Shown: positions 35,313 through 49,300 of the stretch, piece after piece
Layout of the letters: the number at the start of each line of letters is the position of its first letter
Position numbering within the stretch: position 1 is the stretch's first letter
Assembly (NCBI GenBank): GCA_965153455.1
Contig: OZ234493.1
Location: forward strand, 32,602,213 to 32,666,212
Source: Sphagnum compactum
Lineage: Eukaryota
Direction: 5' to 3'
DNA: 64,000 nt
Notes under the pieces: generated by a model
Seen by the model: only the letters and a program-made list of their open reading frames with translations
Databases searched by the model: none
What the model was told of the DNA's origin: nothing
Position numbers and translations under genes: made by a program

Positions 35313-38300
35313 TCTAATACACACACCCAATTCCACTAGGCTGAAAACAAAATGTCAAAAATGATGTACAAGGACACTTTCCTCAAATTTTATTTCAATT
35401 TGAATGACATAACACACCCAAATGTGAATCATACCTATACACAACTATCGAGATAAAAGCATCTTGGGTTTATGTCAATTTTTAATAACATGGTGAACAT
35501 TGTTAGAGGTGCTTACAATCTTTCTATTACATGCATTCTCTTGTATCTCACCCAGAACATGCTCATCTTTATCACCGACATGATTGAATTGTCTTCACAA
35601 ACTCTAATTAATTACCATTTTTGACATGTTGACACTAAATTTTTTAAACCAATTTGTTTCAACGTTCATAGATTTACATCCTTATAATGTTTATTGTTCG
35701 AATACAAAATCTAAATATATTTAACATGTTGATTTACATATTTCAATCAACAACACACATGTCCTTGGACTAGGTGGACCTACAATCAACAACCAAACTT
35801 GAATGCAACGACACATTAAAAAAACACAAAAAAATACAAAATCCAAGATCAAATCTCCCAAATTCACATTCAAAAGTTGATCATCAAATGGTACTAAATT
35901 CAAGACCAAATCTACGTCCAAATTGATTACACACTTACAATCAATATTAGTATTGTTATTGGAAGTATTAATAATTGTAACCTCAATTACACACATATTT
36001 TACAGTATGAAACAAAATTATTCACAAAACATCCCTAAGTTCCATTATCAAAACAAGAAGGTCCAAGAAACTCTCAAAATTGCATCAAGAAATAATGTCA
36101 AAACACAAAAAGGTAGGAAGAAAAAATTCAAAATTTTCTTCCAAACCCTTGATTCGAATCCATCAACTAACTACTTATTAGTTATTACATACACTACATT
36201 TTGCTTTCACTAACTAGTATGTCTCCTTAACAAAACATTAGTCATATTGTACTTTATTATGTTTACGACTCGTGTTTTTTTGTTAACCATGATGATCACC
36301 ACATGGACCTCCATCTAGGATAACAATGGGGTGTCATGTTTAATCACATTGTCTTTGACACATGGATCTTTCATGGTGTGAATGATTTCACAGTTGTCCT
36401 CTATGATTACTAAATGGATTCTACCATGTCATGTTCAAAAAGGGTATGATGTCTAGTATAATTTATCCATGCAAATTCTTTCTTTAGTCAAATTTGTCTT
36501 TTATAATTGAGAATTCTTTTAATGTGTTCCAACCTACCAAATCCTCAAGGTTTGTCATGATGAAGTTGCATAGTTTTAGCTCTATGAATTTCAAGCTCCA
36601 AGTTCTTCAAAGAACCTTGAAATCCAAGCTAGCTTAGTCAAGGATTGAAGTGTATCTCTACTTTGCTTTTAAAAGTTTCGTGTGTCTTTTATAAAGAGGG
36701 GATAATCGCACAAAAGAAAGCAAAAGCAAGGGAGAAATGGCTACCAAGAATCTTATTTTTTAAAAAAAATAAACAAAACAATTGTGTCACATTTTGTTGC
36801 TTTTAGTCATTCCATGAAGCATCATTGTTAATTATTGAACTTCACACATGCAGCCTCATCAAGAAACAAGTTTGAGCCCAACATCAATTGGGGAATGTTT
36901 GAAGGAACATTCCCCAATTGATGTTGATGAATGGGGAAGAACTACAAGAATGCAAATTGGACTAAAGGCAAATGTGTTAAGGGCGATGATTGAAAGGATG
37001 AAAAAAACACACACATATATAAGAAGATCGAGACTAATGACATGGAAAAGTTAGCAGACCTTCATAGAACCTCCATGATTGCCATTGCCAAAACCAAACC
37101 AGCTCAAAGAAGAAAATATCGCCTAGGGCAACACCTTGCAAGCAAAGATAGACGGACAAAACAAAAAATAGTTGAAATAAAAATGCAAAAGACAAAAGAG
37201 AAACAAAGCCTTCACATATAACTATTATCAATAAAAACCGGAAGCAAGAAGTGCAAAAGCTAAACTAAAAGACAATAGAAACCAAAATTAAATTGACAAA
37301 CAAACTCTCCTAAGAATATGAACTTCCCACTCAAGAAATACCCAAGAATGACCTAGTTGTTATAATGTTGAACAAGAAAATGTCATGGTTGAAAGGCCTT
37401 GATGACTAGTAAGAGGTCTTGATGTGATGATGAAATGGAAATAATGTATTGTGGATATCAATGAAAAGTTGGGGAGAGTGTTGTTGGGAAAGTTTTTGTT
37501 GGAATTTGTTGGATATGGTGAATAATATTACCTTGCTTTTGTTTCCTTGAATATGACACAAGAATCACCATTCATGGCATCGATTAGGTTTCCATAAGGT
37601 TTTTTTTTCTCAAGTTGTAGATTCTTTTCAAACTAGATGCTTGGATGAGAAGAGGGAAGGGACATACAATAACAATGATGGAAGGATAATATCCAACAAG
37701 TTACAATACTTGAAACATTTTGTGATGCTTGTACCATTGGTTATCCTAGTTTAACATAGATTATATAAATTATTCTTACATGTTAATAAGTTGGTATTGA
37801 GTACATTCAAAATAAAAAGAGTTGATTATGTCTCTCGAGACAATCTTTTAACAATTCAATAGATTATGTGGTGGTTTAGGATTGGTTAAATAATGTTTAG
37901 ACAATGTTTAAACAATGTTAGATTTTTTGTAAAGCCATTGGTTATTGCACTAAAAATGATTTTGGGTATGATATATTCATCAAATAACTTTTGAACTAAT
38001 TAAAATGATATATTGATATATTATTTTAAAAATTGCACAAATGTAATACACATTTTCAATATTCATTTAATTTACTAATCTTGAAAATGTGTAAAATCAA
38101 CATTGATTACACTTGCAATCAATTTTATTTTTTCAATTTTGTGATGTAGCCAATTTGGTTATAGACCCAATATGAAACTAAAATTGAAATCTGGAAAATT
38201 GGAGATTTTTTTTCACAAAAATCCTTTCTATATGCCAAAACCATATTGTTTAGGTCAAAAAATGTGAAAATCCCTTCTCCCCCAAAGGAAAAAAATTTGC

Positions 38301-41300
38301 ATGCAACTATTCATTTTACTATGAATGCACCTTGTTATATAATATTCCTTTCATGGTTAGGTTAAGGATTGACTTTAATATTGATGAATGTCTTCTTGTG
38401 ATCATTTCCAAAACTTTAGTTGAATTGTGTAACGATTGTAGGCTTGTGTAAGCCATTTTGTTTGTGACTATCCGAATTATAACAATTTTGGTATTTTAGG
38501 GTAAGTTAACACCTCATGTTTCCAATTTGGTACTTATTTGAAAAGTTGCCATATGTTGACACAATTTTTTTTTTGGAGGGATGAATAGTTCCCATAACAT
38601 CGTCATAGATGTGATGTTGATAAGGAATTATTGCATGCTATCAAAAATGATATGTATGAGTATGGTAAAAATGTAGTCCATTAAATAATTGCCATCAACT
38701 TGGTCACAAAAACAAGGATTGTCTTTAAGTATATAATTCTATTTGATGGGTTTCTCATTATTAATCAATCTATGTCTTTCACCTTGTTAAGTTTTGTGAA
38801 GTTGGTTCTTAATCCTTAGTTGAAATTTGACCAAAACAATCCAAATTGGGATGAGGAGGGACTTTCAATTATTTCATAATTGCCAAAAAGTCATGTAAGT
38901 TGTTGAGATTTTGAAAATTCAACTTGGTAGAATTGTAAAGGACATCAAGTGGAATCTTTTCATAAAAGAATTTGAATTTGGCTTGAGAAATGGAAAATCT
39001 CCATTATTGAAATGAAATTCTACGAATTTACATGCAACTTTCAAGTTTTCATGTTTTTGAAAATTTTGACTTGACCAAATTACCATTCTTCATTGACGGT
39101 AAAATTTTTAAGGTAGATGAAAAAACATCCATATGAGGTTGGTGCAAAAAACAACCCTCCATTTGGACTTGGGATGATGTGGAATGAAATGGTCAAAGAC
39201 ACAAATCCAATGGACATTTACACACAATCTAAGAAAGGCAATCTTTGTGACAATTTTTGAGCGCCTTGGTTATTCATTGATTGTCAACTCTCCTATATTA
39301 ATCTTCAGCCCTCCACCTCCCAAATTTGGGAACAACATACCTATTTAACATGAGTAGATAACAAAGCTTCCTCTCATGTTGGTGAGTTTTTTCTTTCATT
39401 ACAAAGCTCCAAAAGTCTTAGAATGAAGGCTTGAATGAAGGTTGAAAAACATGGGACGGGCATTACAAGGGTGAGAAAGAAGAAGCAAGGTGTCCCTTAC
39501 AACATAAGCATGTCTATATTTTGGTTTAAAGGGCTTTAGGTAGGAGAACTGACAAGGTCACAAACTAGTTCAATATGTAGTGATGTTTAAAAATTACATG
39601 TGATTTTAAAAGATAGGTTAGTTTAAGGGATGGGGTTATACATGTTGCAAGACGTAATTAAGGATTAATTTCAATTGTCAATTATGTGTGACCATTTTGC
39701 AATAATTGTGGGGGTGTGGACACGTGGTAGTGGAATGTCAATCAAATCTTACATAGTACCTTGGGGACTTTGATGACAACAATGAGTTCCTCGACCATGA
39801 AAGGAAAAAATTGCATATTATGATAAGAGGAACAAGGTTAACTAATGTGATGTGTTGTGCACTACTAGATTGGCACCTAATAATATTAAAATTAACAACG
39901 TCACACACATGTAAACATGCACATAAATAGTTTGTGATTTTTTTGGGTTTGATGTGAATACATTTTATTTTGTTTTGAAACACAACAACATAACTAACCT
40001 AACAAGTCATTGGCATCCCCAAATCAAGCTCATTGGTAGAAGGCCGATAGGAAATAATACAATTTGTAACATGAAAGATGAAACTCTGAAGCCACACCTT
40101 GAGGCACACAAAATAATTGGAACTTTGTTTACAATGAATTGGGTTCGAACCACAAACCAAATCCTATAAAAAAATGAGTATTTTGTAATTAAAAACTTGA
40201 CACATGTTTCAAAAGAGTTTTGATTTCATGATAGGTTTTTGTTTAGGAGGGGTGCTTACAATGGTATGCAAGGTTTCTTTTGTTTGTTTATGATTTTTTT
40301 GTCAATTAAGTTGCAAAAATTTGAACAAGTTATTCCTTTTTTTACAAGTAAGGATCAATATAAAATCATACCCGTCAATGACAATTTATTGAAGAAAATG
40401 TTAACGGCCTTGTCAGGACAACCCTTCTATCACCAATTTTTACATGGTCCCACCCTTTGGAGGTTTTATCTTTGGTAATGATGTGTTCTTTGTCATTGTC
40501 ATTATGAGCCATGCTACTCTAAATGTAGTTTTTTTTCTTCACATGCTTCTTCTCCTTAGCAATGGTGTTCTTGACTAATGAGTACCACAAGATGTGTATC
40601 CAACTTTTTTGTGTTATTTTGTGTTTCCAATTTACTTGAAGCAAAAGGTGTAGAGTGGTTGAAGGGCAAGGGAAGGAGAATGTCGGTCATTGTAATAATG
40701 CACAATTGTTGTACAGTTCTTACAAGAAGTTAACAAGTAGCTGATGAAAAGCTTGCAACTTTAGCCAACACGCTCTTTTGGAACATTTTGCATCGATTCC
40801 ATTTGAGTAGGTACTCTTTGCTTCATTTTTTTTCCTTTCTACATGTCTCTTGTTATGTATAAGTTCTCACTTTCACAAATCACAATTTGAAGTTTGTTGG
40901 TTTTTCTTTCTTTTGGAGCGAATGTTGGCCACTAGTTATAGGTCATTATGGTTGTGAGTGATAGGTGATATAAGTTTTCCAGACTTATATGGATCAATTC
41001 TTTTGGGGTGTTCTTTCGTGTTTTTGTTTCCTTCCTTGAGGGAGCCAAGTTCGTGGTTTTAGAGTTGTGGACTATTATTGTTGGCTATGACCAAAAACAA
41101 AAAGCTCATGAAGGATGCATGAATAATCTTGTGAGGAGTGGGGTAGTAGCAATGACTAATGTGACCTCATCTGGATGCAATTCTAGTGTGAATTCTTCTT
41201 CATGGGCTTTGTGGCATGCAGTTGTAGGGGCACAACAACTCCAGAATGGCTTAAGTCCAGCAAACTCCATAGCAACTTTTGGTTTCTTTGGGAGAATTGG

Positions 41301-42468
41301 CCAGTCTGTAGTGGAGATACTCTTAGGATCCCAATTTGGGCATATGTGGTCTTGGTATTAGGATCCTCATTTGACCATATGAAAATCCCTCTTTTGAGGG
41401 TATTTGGGTCCTTGTTTGACGATACTAAAAGTCCTCCATTGAGGATTTTGTGTGCGACACACAATCCCTGGAGGAGGAGCCTACTCGCAATCCAAGAAGC
41501 CCCTATAACAATTCTTCACAAATTCATAATTAATTGATAAAATGTCCGAAAGATTGGCTTGAATTTCAGTTGAGTTTCAAATTGTCTTGTATTTAAGGGA
41601 GATTTCCTTTCCTTCTCCTTTAAGAATTTTCTCTTCTTTTCTCTCTCTGTTTGTATTCCACTATCCTTCTGATTTCTTTGGTGTTCTCCAAGTCTCTGTT
41701 ATGTTCTGTTGAGCTAGCCAGCTCAATGGCTATGTTTTCCCATACTGGCAGACTTCTCTCAGTATGTTTGTTACATATCCACCTGCTGCTTGAGAGCTGA
41801 TGAAGCCAGTGGGGATGTTGTGTGGAAGTTGATCAATACCATACACATTGCTGCCAAAGGTTGCTGAACATGTGTGTTTCTGTCACTTGTTATTCAACCA
41901 CTCGTTATATTTGATACTGTTTGGTTACTGTTTTGGTTCTGTTTTCTCAATTCTATAGGGTTAGGTTTTCTCTTGTATTTTGTTTGCTGATATTTTGTTA
42001 GATCTGAAATCATTTATTGAATCATTTTTCAACTCTTTCAATTCTCTCCTGAATCACCATATACTCTAAGCAAAACGCGAAGGCAAATACCTGCTTCCAT
42101 TTGTTCCCTTATATCATGTGGTCTGAAATCTAATTTATTCACTTCTGCAATCATTGCTCAATTTTGTTGCTCAATTTTGTCATCTAGCAGCAGAGTTTCA
42201 AAATGCAGATAGGGTAACTATTATATCTGCAACTGATATTGAGGTGATGAATAAGTCCTGAAAGGCTTGGCCAATTTTATTTTTTTGGGAGTGCTATTTT
42301 TTTGGGAGTTTCCTAATACCGACAGGAGTGGGATGTAGGTATTCTGTGGCTCCAGATCTTGTGCACTCTCTATTGGAGGAGCTCCAAGGTCTCCACCTCA
42401 TGGTCAGCCTCATGGGTAGTCATATTTTTACCAAATTTTTTGTTGTCAGTCACCAAGCAGCAGCTGTG

Positions 42469-43112
42469 TCAATCCTTTTTTGATGATTTGTTGATGAGGG
42501 ATTTATGGATGTGTGGGATGACCCCACCTCCCGCAATTGTGCCCTTGATCAAAGTGTCCAGCTCTTCATCTCCTCGAATTGCAAGCTGCAGATGGCGGGG
42601 TGTGATGCGCTTCACCTTCAGATCTTTGCTGGCATTTCCTGTGAGTTCCAAAACCTCAGCTGTGAGGTATTCAAGAATGGCAGCTGAATACACTGCAGCC
42701 GTTGCACCCACTCTTCCATTTGCTGCCATTCGTGACTTCAGTAGCCTGTGTATACGCCCCACTGGAAACTGCACAATTGGAAACAGAGATTAGATGTCAT
42801 GTACACACACACACAGAAGCAGAAACCACAAGAGGATTTGTTTTATGGAAGTTGTTGCACTAGGGAGAAGAGAGAGGGAGTGAGAGACACACACTCACAC
42901 ACATACATACCCATACACATCCATACACACATGTGCCCTACAATTGATAGAAAGCAAACCTGCAGTCCAGCACGAGAGGATCTAGAGATGGGTTTTTTCT
43001 TGTCCTTGTTGTCACTCATGCCTGCAGACTTCTCCAGCAACAAACCCTTGGTTCCTTTCCCCGCCTGGTTTCCTCCTCCTCCTCCTCCTCCTCCTACCAC
43101 CACCACCACCAT
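42469..43112 (-). CDS. H2A.Z: Histone variant H2A.Z (exons ~43112-42960 and ~42768-42469; start codon/first exon uncertain)
   Basis: AGKG...[21 protein letters not shown]...RVGATAAVY...[45 protein letters not shown], diagnostic of H2A.Z. Confidence 0.95.
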
Positions 43113-43422
43113 TGTTGTTGCTCCCACACAAAATTCCTACTCTCTGATTTTCTTGATCGCATCCCAGACAAAGAAAGAAAACCCCTCTTCAAAAGAACAC
43201 CCCCCACCCAAAAAACACCTCAAGAAAATCACATGCAATGTGGGTCTTGTTCTTGTTCTTGACCAAGATGTGAGCCTCCTAAAGCTCCAACAACTTCACC
43301 ATTGCAACTATTGGAACTACCAAGGAAAGAACTAAAGTCTCCTGCAATTTGAAAGTAGCGCCTCTCACAACAGCAAATTTTATAATGCGATTCAGTTCGT
43401 GAGGAAGAGGAGGAAAAGAAGA

Positions 43423-43456
<34 letters not shown>

Positions 43457-43583
43457 GTTGATGAAGCACCCAAGAAAAGGAAGGAGATTTGGGCGTGGCG
43501 GAAGCGCAAGAGAGCGATGGCGGGCAACAAGCGAGACGAAGGAGAAAGTGATCATGGCAGCCGAAGGAGCTGCAGGCATGGGC

Positions 43584-43714
43584 TTAACTGGCATGGATGG
43601 GGTTACGGTTAACTGTTAACTGGCATGGATGGGGTTACGGTTAACTGTTAACTGGCATGGATGGGGTTACGGTTAACTGTTAACTGGCATGGATGGGAGT
43701 TACAGTTAACTGTT
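43584..43714. repeat. Tandem repeat, 4 x 32 bp, upstream of H2A.Z
   Basis: ttaactggcatggatggggttacggttaactg at 43584, 43616, 43648 and a variant at 43680. Confidence 0.92.
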
Positions 43715-45634
43715 ATCTGTTCGTTGAATATTGTTGTTTTTTTTTTCTCAGCTCCAGGGATTCGATCCCTCTACCTATTTCACACATTCTGGATCTGCAC
43801 ATTTCTAGTTCCACACTCTAGTTTTACCTAGCTGGTAATCACCAATCCATGAAAACCTGGTTTCCATCCAGGTAGACTAATTTCCATCCAATTTTATCCA
43901 ATTTCAATCCAAGGATCCAAGTGTATACATTTTTCATCCAAGATTACAAGTTTCCAATCCAAGTAAGCAATTTTCCCATCCAAGCATATACAAAATTTTC
44001 ATCAAAATAGACCAATTTCCAATCCAAGAAAGCAAAATTGCATCCAAGTATGCAAAAATCTCTATACACTTAGGTACCATAGGCCCCAGTAGGTAGCCAA
44101 CACTGTTGAAGGATGCTTTTTTTTTTCCTAAAGTTTTTACTTTCATATCTTGTTTATAGCCAGATTTGGCTAAATCCTCCTATGGATTATCCCCTCTTCT
44201 GCTACATCAGAAAAATTGCTAATGAATAAATAAATAAATAAAAACTCTGGAACTTGCATTTCTTGTAATTTTGTTTGAACCTGCTGTTGGGCATAGCAAC
44301 TACACAATATGTGGCTTGTTATTTCAGTCTCTTGGATCTTTCAATAAAGGGAACCACATCAACAAAGAACAAAATTCAACTTTGAAAAAAAAAACCAAGC
44401 AGCTTATAGCTTAGTAGAACCATGCAGATGACGCACAGGACTGCACACTGACACCCACAAAGTCTCTACATGGGTGTTTAGCACCCTACCTCTGGCTTTC
44501 TTGCCAGTCCAAACAAGTGGCTCATTTCGTAGATAGCTCATCACCTTTTGGGGAATTCAAACCAGCAACAGTTAAAATACAGAATGTTGCAATGAGGTTG
44601 GGATGAAAATGAACTCACAGTTCACCCTGACACCAGGTGAACATTCCTCAAAATTTGGATCAAATCAACTCTGTATCATCCAGTGATCTCTCCCTGATGG
44701 GTAGAGCCAACAAAACTATGAGAATTGATGAACTGGCAGTTCTTTGATTCTGCAATGCCCCACAAACCAGAACTGGCAGTTTTAACAGATTCAAATACTC
44801 ACCCAACACTGTTCATAACCTTGTGAGTGTCACTCATAAGGTCTTCAACCATCACCTTCATTGTGAGTGGCAGTGGCTAGCTGCCATTACCCCTCCACTG
44901 ACTCATCAGCTCCCAAATGTGGGTGTAGATAAGGTATTCAATAATATCCTTAAAATTTCAGCAAGCAATTCAAAAAAATCTATTTTGAGTCTGTTGTATT
45001 CAAAGAAGCAATGGGAATACTCAGTCATGATGACATTGGCTGGCACAAACCTAACTAATATATAATTTTAAAAATCAAGAGTCTCCTAAAATCAAGTTGC
45101 AATGAGCTTGTGAGTACATTTTTCATTTTATTTTAGCTTGTGCCTGTGCAAGCTTAAGCATGAGGCATAGAGAGGCCTACATGGAGGGGTAGTCATTGGG
45201 TCACCTGGACCCCAAACATATATCCCTTAATGCACATCTGGTGACTAAATGGATGCAGTACATCTGCTGTAGCCCACTGGAAAATTATATCCAAACAAAA
45301 AATATATATATCCCCAAAGGACACGAACATGAATACCTTCTCTGTGCATATGGGGATACACTTGAGCTGTCCATCAACAAAGAAAGATACAAGGAGAATT
45401 CAGGGCACACTATATGGATCATTTTTGGTGGAAAACCACCAACTTGGGGGATGGGGAATCCGCGATAAAATGTGCGGGTCAACATGACACTTTAAACTCG
45501 CCATGCTGACAGGGCACCCTTCCCTATGCTTACTCTCTCTTTCCTTACAAACAAGAAAACACCAATAAAAACCAAGGCAAAAAAAATTCTCCACTTATCT
45601 GGACAACCCTTCATGAATCAGCTAGTTATAAGGG

Positions 45635-47270
45635 TTAATCAAGGTCCAGAAACTCCATCCGCTTTCTCATTGTCCCTTTGAGTTCTGTGGCATCCTTCTC
45701 TGCTTTCTGTGCCTGAGATTGAGAAACGAAGCAGTCAATGCCCATCCCTTCTCTCAGAAAATATCCACCCTAAAATTGTGTCATAAGTAAAAACAAAGAT
45801 ATTCACAGGGGGAGGGGGTATGTGTGTATTATACCAGCTTGATTTCAGAAGGTGTCACACAAACCATGTGAGGTGGCAACTCCTCACTTTCAACATCCTT
45901 TGTTGTCACCCATAAACACCCCCAATCATCAGTCCCAAGCACCCTTTCCTCATTGACCAACACAAAGAATCAATGACTAGGCTGAAAAACCAAATCCTAA
46001 GCTCTTAAAAAAAATACTCATATTTTCTTGGGGGGGAGTTCTGACAGGACTTTGCAATCAACACAACAGTAGATCTATCTCTGAACTTGTCTGCTCGTTG
46101 AGAGTAAAATCATGTTCATGGTAGACTGACATAGAGGTTGTTCTGTGCTTACCAGTTCACCAATGAGGACAACATTCTCCCCACGTATGATGTACAAGCC
46201 CAAAGGAAGATCACAATAAAGCTCTCCCACAATGATTCTCTCAATTGCTCTTTCCAACACCACATTCGCTGTGTTTCCCGCACAATCAATCAGTGCCCCC
46301 CAAACCCTTTACCCACATCAAGCAACATTCAAGCATATCTACAAAATTTGCCAAGAAAATCTCCACAACAACAAATTCGAAAATAATACAACAATTGAGA
46401 GCAGCCATAACTTTATGAGAGTGGGAGCCACTCACAAAGTGTCAGACTATATCACCTTCATCATAAACAGCAGTGACAAGATGCCTTGCCTACCCACTGA
46501 CTTCATCAGCTCCCAACAGTCAGGGTGTAGATAAGTATTATAGAGAACAAAAGGATAAGAAAACATGAATGTCATGCACCATGTTCCTAGCTACAATTGT
46601 GGGTTCTCATCATGTACCAAATTGATCGAAAGAGCTCAGGATGCCAACTAGCTTCCTTCCATCACGCAAAATCACAAGCAGCTTCTCTGCACACATTGAG
46701 CAGAAGTGGGCTGGGTATCACAACATGCTTGATTTTTAAATGCAGAAGGTGTGAGAAACATACAAAAAAACAAGTTAACAAATCTGAAATAGAGCACATG
46801 AAGCCACTGCAGCAGAGCAGAAGCTTGAATAAAACCATGCTAAATCTTTCTCTTCCGCTTAGGTTGTGAAGGTTGTCTACATGCTAATGCAATGTCTCTC
46901 TTAACGGCATTAGGAACCAAACACCAAACACTATAACTTAAAATTATTTCTGCTGGCTGTGGGATGCAGAATCTTACTATGCAAAAACACATAAAAAGAG
47001 AGAAAACATTGGGACAAACTCCAAACCCTCAAGATATGAGATGGGAAAAAACAAAAACCCTAATTCTGATCCAATCTGCTTTAGAGATCAACCACCATCT
47101 CACCACTTGCATGAATATCCAGTAGTTTGTTTGTATTCTCTATGCATGCGTGCAAGCGTGGGGGGTTTGCTTACATGGGTTGGGTTATGTGCGAGAAAGA
47201 GAAGGAGCTTACTATCAAGATTATCAGCAAGGGAGGTAGCAGGGAAGTTATCGGAGCCTGCCCACGACAT
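45635..47270 (-). CDS. LSM1: Sm-like protein LSM1 (mRNA decapping activator), 5 exons
   Basis: Spliced translation MSWAGSDNFPATSLADNLD|KKLLVILRDGRKLVGILSSFDQF|ANVVLERAIERIIVGELYCDLPLGLYIIRGENVVLIGEL|DVESEELPPHM...|AQKAEKDATELKGTMRKRMEFLDLD*. Confidence 0.93.
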
Positions 47271-47510
47271 CCCCCTTCTTCAGCGAAAATATTCTTTGGG
47301 GTTGTATCACGTAGTAAGCTGGTAGCATTCCTTCCCGCCCGCGCCCTCGTCTCTCTCCTTTCTCTGTGTGGTCGTCGAGCCTCCCGCCGTCACTTCCTCT
47401 TCTTATTCCTTGTACCCTCTCCTCCCCTTCCCACACCTTTGCATCTCTCCCTTTTCCCCCCAGCACACCCAAACCCTAAACTCCGGTCTTCCAGACTCAC
47501 GAATAGGTGT

Positions 47511-47541
<31 letters not shown>

Positions 47542-47896
47542 CCCTGTCCAATCTACTTGCCGCCACAGACGAAACCCTTGCCTAATACGACAAAAACCTT
47601 TACCACCAGCACCAGCCCACAACCACAAAAGCCGAAGTCTTCTCGACTTCCAGTTCTCCTGCGATTTTTTCCTCACATACCCACTTTGCTACAACATTCA
47701 GCCAACAGATGTAGCACAGTTTTGCACCTCCAGCTTCGTGAATTTCACCTCGCCTGGTGCATCACGCAACCGCCAAACCGTCCCCTTCCACCGCTTGCTA
47801 TCTCTCCTCGAGACGCTAGTCGCTACCCGCAACCCGTCCGCAGGCCGCAGGTTTATACCAGGGGTCGCTCCCCCTCTGTCCATAAGTTCTGCGCAT

Positions 47897-48237
47897 AATT
47901 CCACCGACCGTTGGTTGGTCACAGTATCCTATGGATCCTAAGTTTCTCGCCCGGTAGTTGTACACATGGAGGAGTCGAATGTTCTACGTAGGCTTATGTT
48001 GCCTGGCAGGCGAGCGCACGTGGCTGCCACGTAGGTGTCCAAAGTCAGACCAGGGGTCACTCCCCACTACCATAGAGACCTGGAACAATCCCACCGACCG
48101 TTGGTTGGTTGGTCACAATATCCTAAGGATCATTAGTGCACCCCGTGGTTTGTACACGTGATGGGTTGACTGTCCTACGTAGGCTAATATTACCTGGCAG
48201 GCGAGCACATGTGGCTGCCCTGTAGGCATCAAAAGTT
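47897..48237. repeat. Diverged tandem duplication (~190 bp) upstream of LSM1
   Basis: ccaccgaccgttggttggt...ctacgtaggct...cctggcaggcgagc.ca..tggctgcc occurs from ~47901 and from ~48092. Confidence 0.8.
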
Positions 48238-48559
48238 AGGAACTTACCCCTGGTAAATAGTAAATACAAACATGTTTTCACCCCAAGTGAGAATCGCATT
48301 ATTGAAAATTGTTTGTTTTAAAAAAACATTTGAAAACCATGTTGGTTCTATGAAAGTACCAAAACTCGATTCTCAAGTTAGTAGTTAGATTAGGTTAGTT
48401 TAGGGTTTAGGTTGGTTGTTAAGCAGGAAGTCTTGGCAACGCCCCCTCGTATAAAAATCCTTTTGGGGTTAGTTGTTCCTAATCACGATTAAAAGTTTCA
48501 TTTTTCTTCACATTGATCCTTTGCATTGTTCCTTTGTGTTGTTTTTTTTGCATTGCTCC

Positions 48560-49300
48560 CTTGTGTTGTCCCCATCATGTTACTAGTGTTGCTCGTGGTT
48601 TGTCGGATTGCTAGCATTATTAGTTTATTGCATTGTTAGTGTTGTTGGTTTGTCATGTTGCTGGTGCATCACATTGTTGGTGTTATTAATGGTTCATCAC
48701 ATTGCTAGTGGTGCTAATGGCTCATCACATTGCTAGTAGTGCTAATGGTTCATCACATTGTTAGTGTTGCTTGGGTTTCGTCACATTATTAAAACTATTC
48801 GTGGTTTGTCATGTTGTTGGCGTTGTTATGGTTTGTCTATTACTATCGTCAGTTTGTCATGTGTTGGTGGTACTTTTGGCGCGTCACATTGCTAGTGCTA
48901 CTATTGGTTTGTCATGTTGTTGGTGTTATTCCTAGTGCGTCATGTTGCTAGTGTTGATGTTAGTGTGTCATGTTATTAGTGTTGGTGTTGGTTTATGGTG
49001 TTATTATTGTTCGTGTTGTAGTTTAATTATTGCATTATTAGTGTTGTCGTTTCTTCGCATCGTTGGTGTTACTTGTGATCCGTCGTATTGCTGGTGCTAG
49101 TGTTAGTTTGTCACATAACTAGTTTTATTGTTGATGCATTGCGTTGTTGATGTTGTTGATTCATCGTATTGTTGGTTTGTTACATTGTTAGTGTTGTTGT
49201 TGATTTTTTGCATTGTTGGTGTTATTATTGGTTCATCACATTTATGGTGTTGTTGGTTGTTCGCATTGTTGGTGTTATTGTTGGTTTATCACATTTATGA
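48560..49300. repeat. Low-complexity GT-rich degenerate repeat (tcacattgctagtg / gttggtgtt)
   Basis: Recurrent short motifs and no credible protein. Confidence 0.7.

Noticed and set aside
35700-41600. Short ORFs and possible DNA-transposon/LINE remnants
   Set aside because: Too degraded to assign to a family from motifs by eye.
47368-47941. 176-aa and 144-aa + strand ORFs
   Set aside because: They overlap the CT-microsatellite leader/promoter of LSM1 on the opposite strand and have no domain features.
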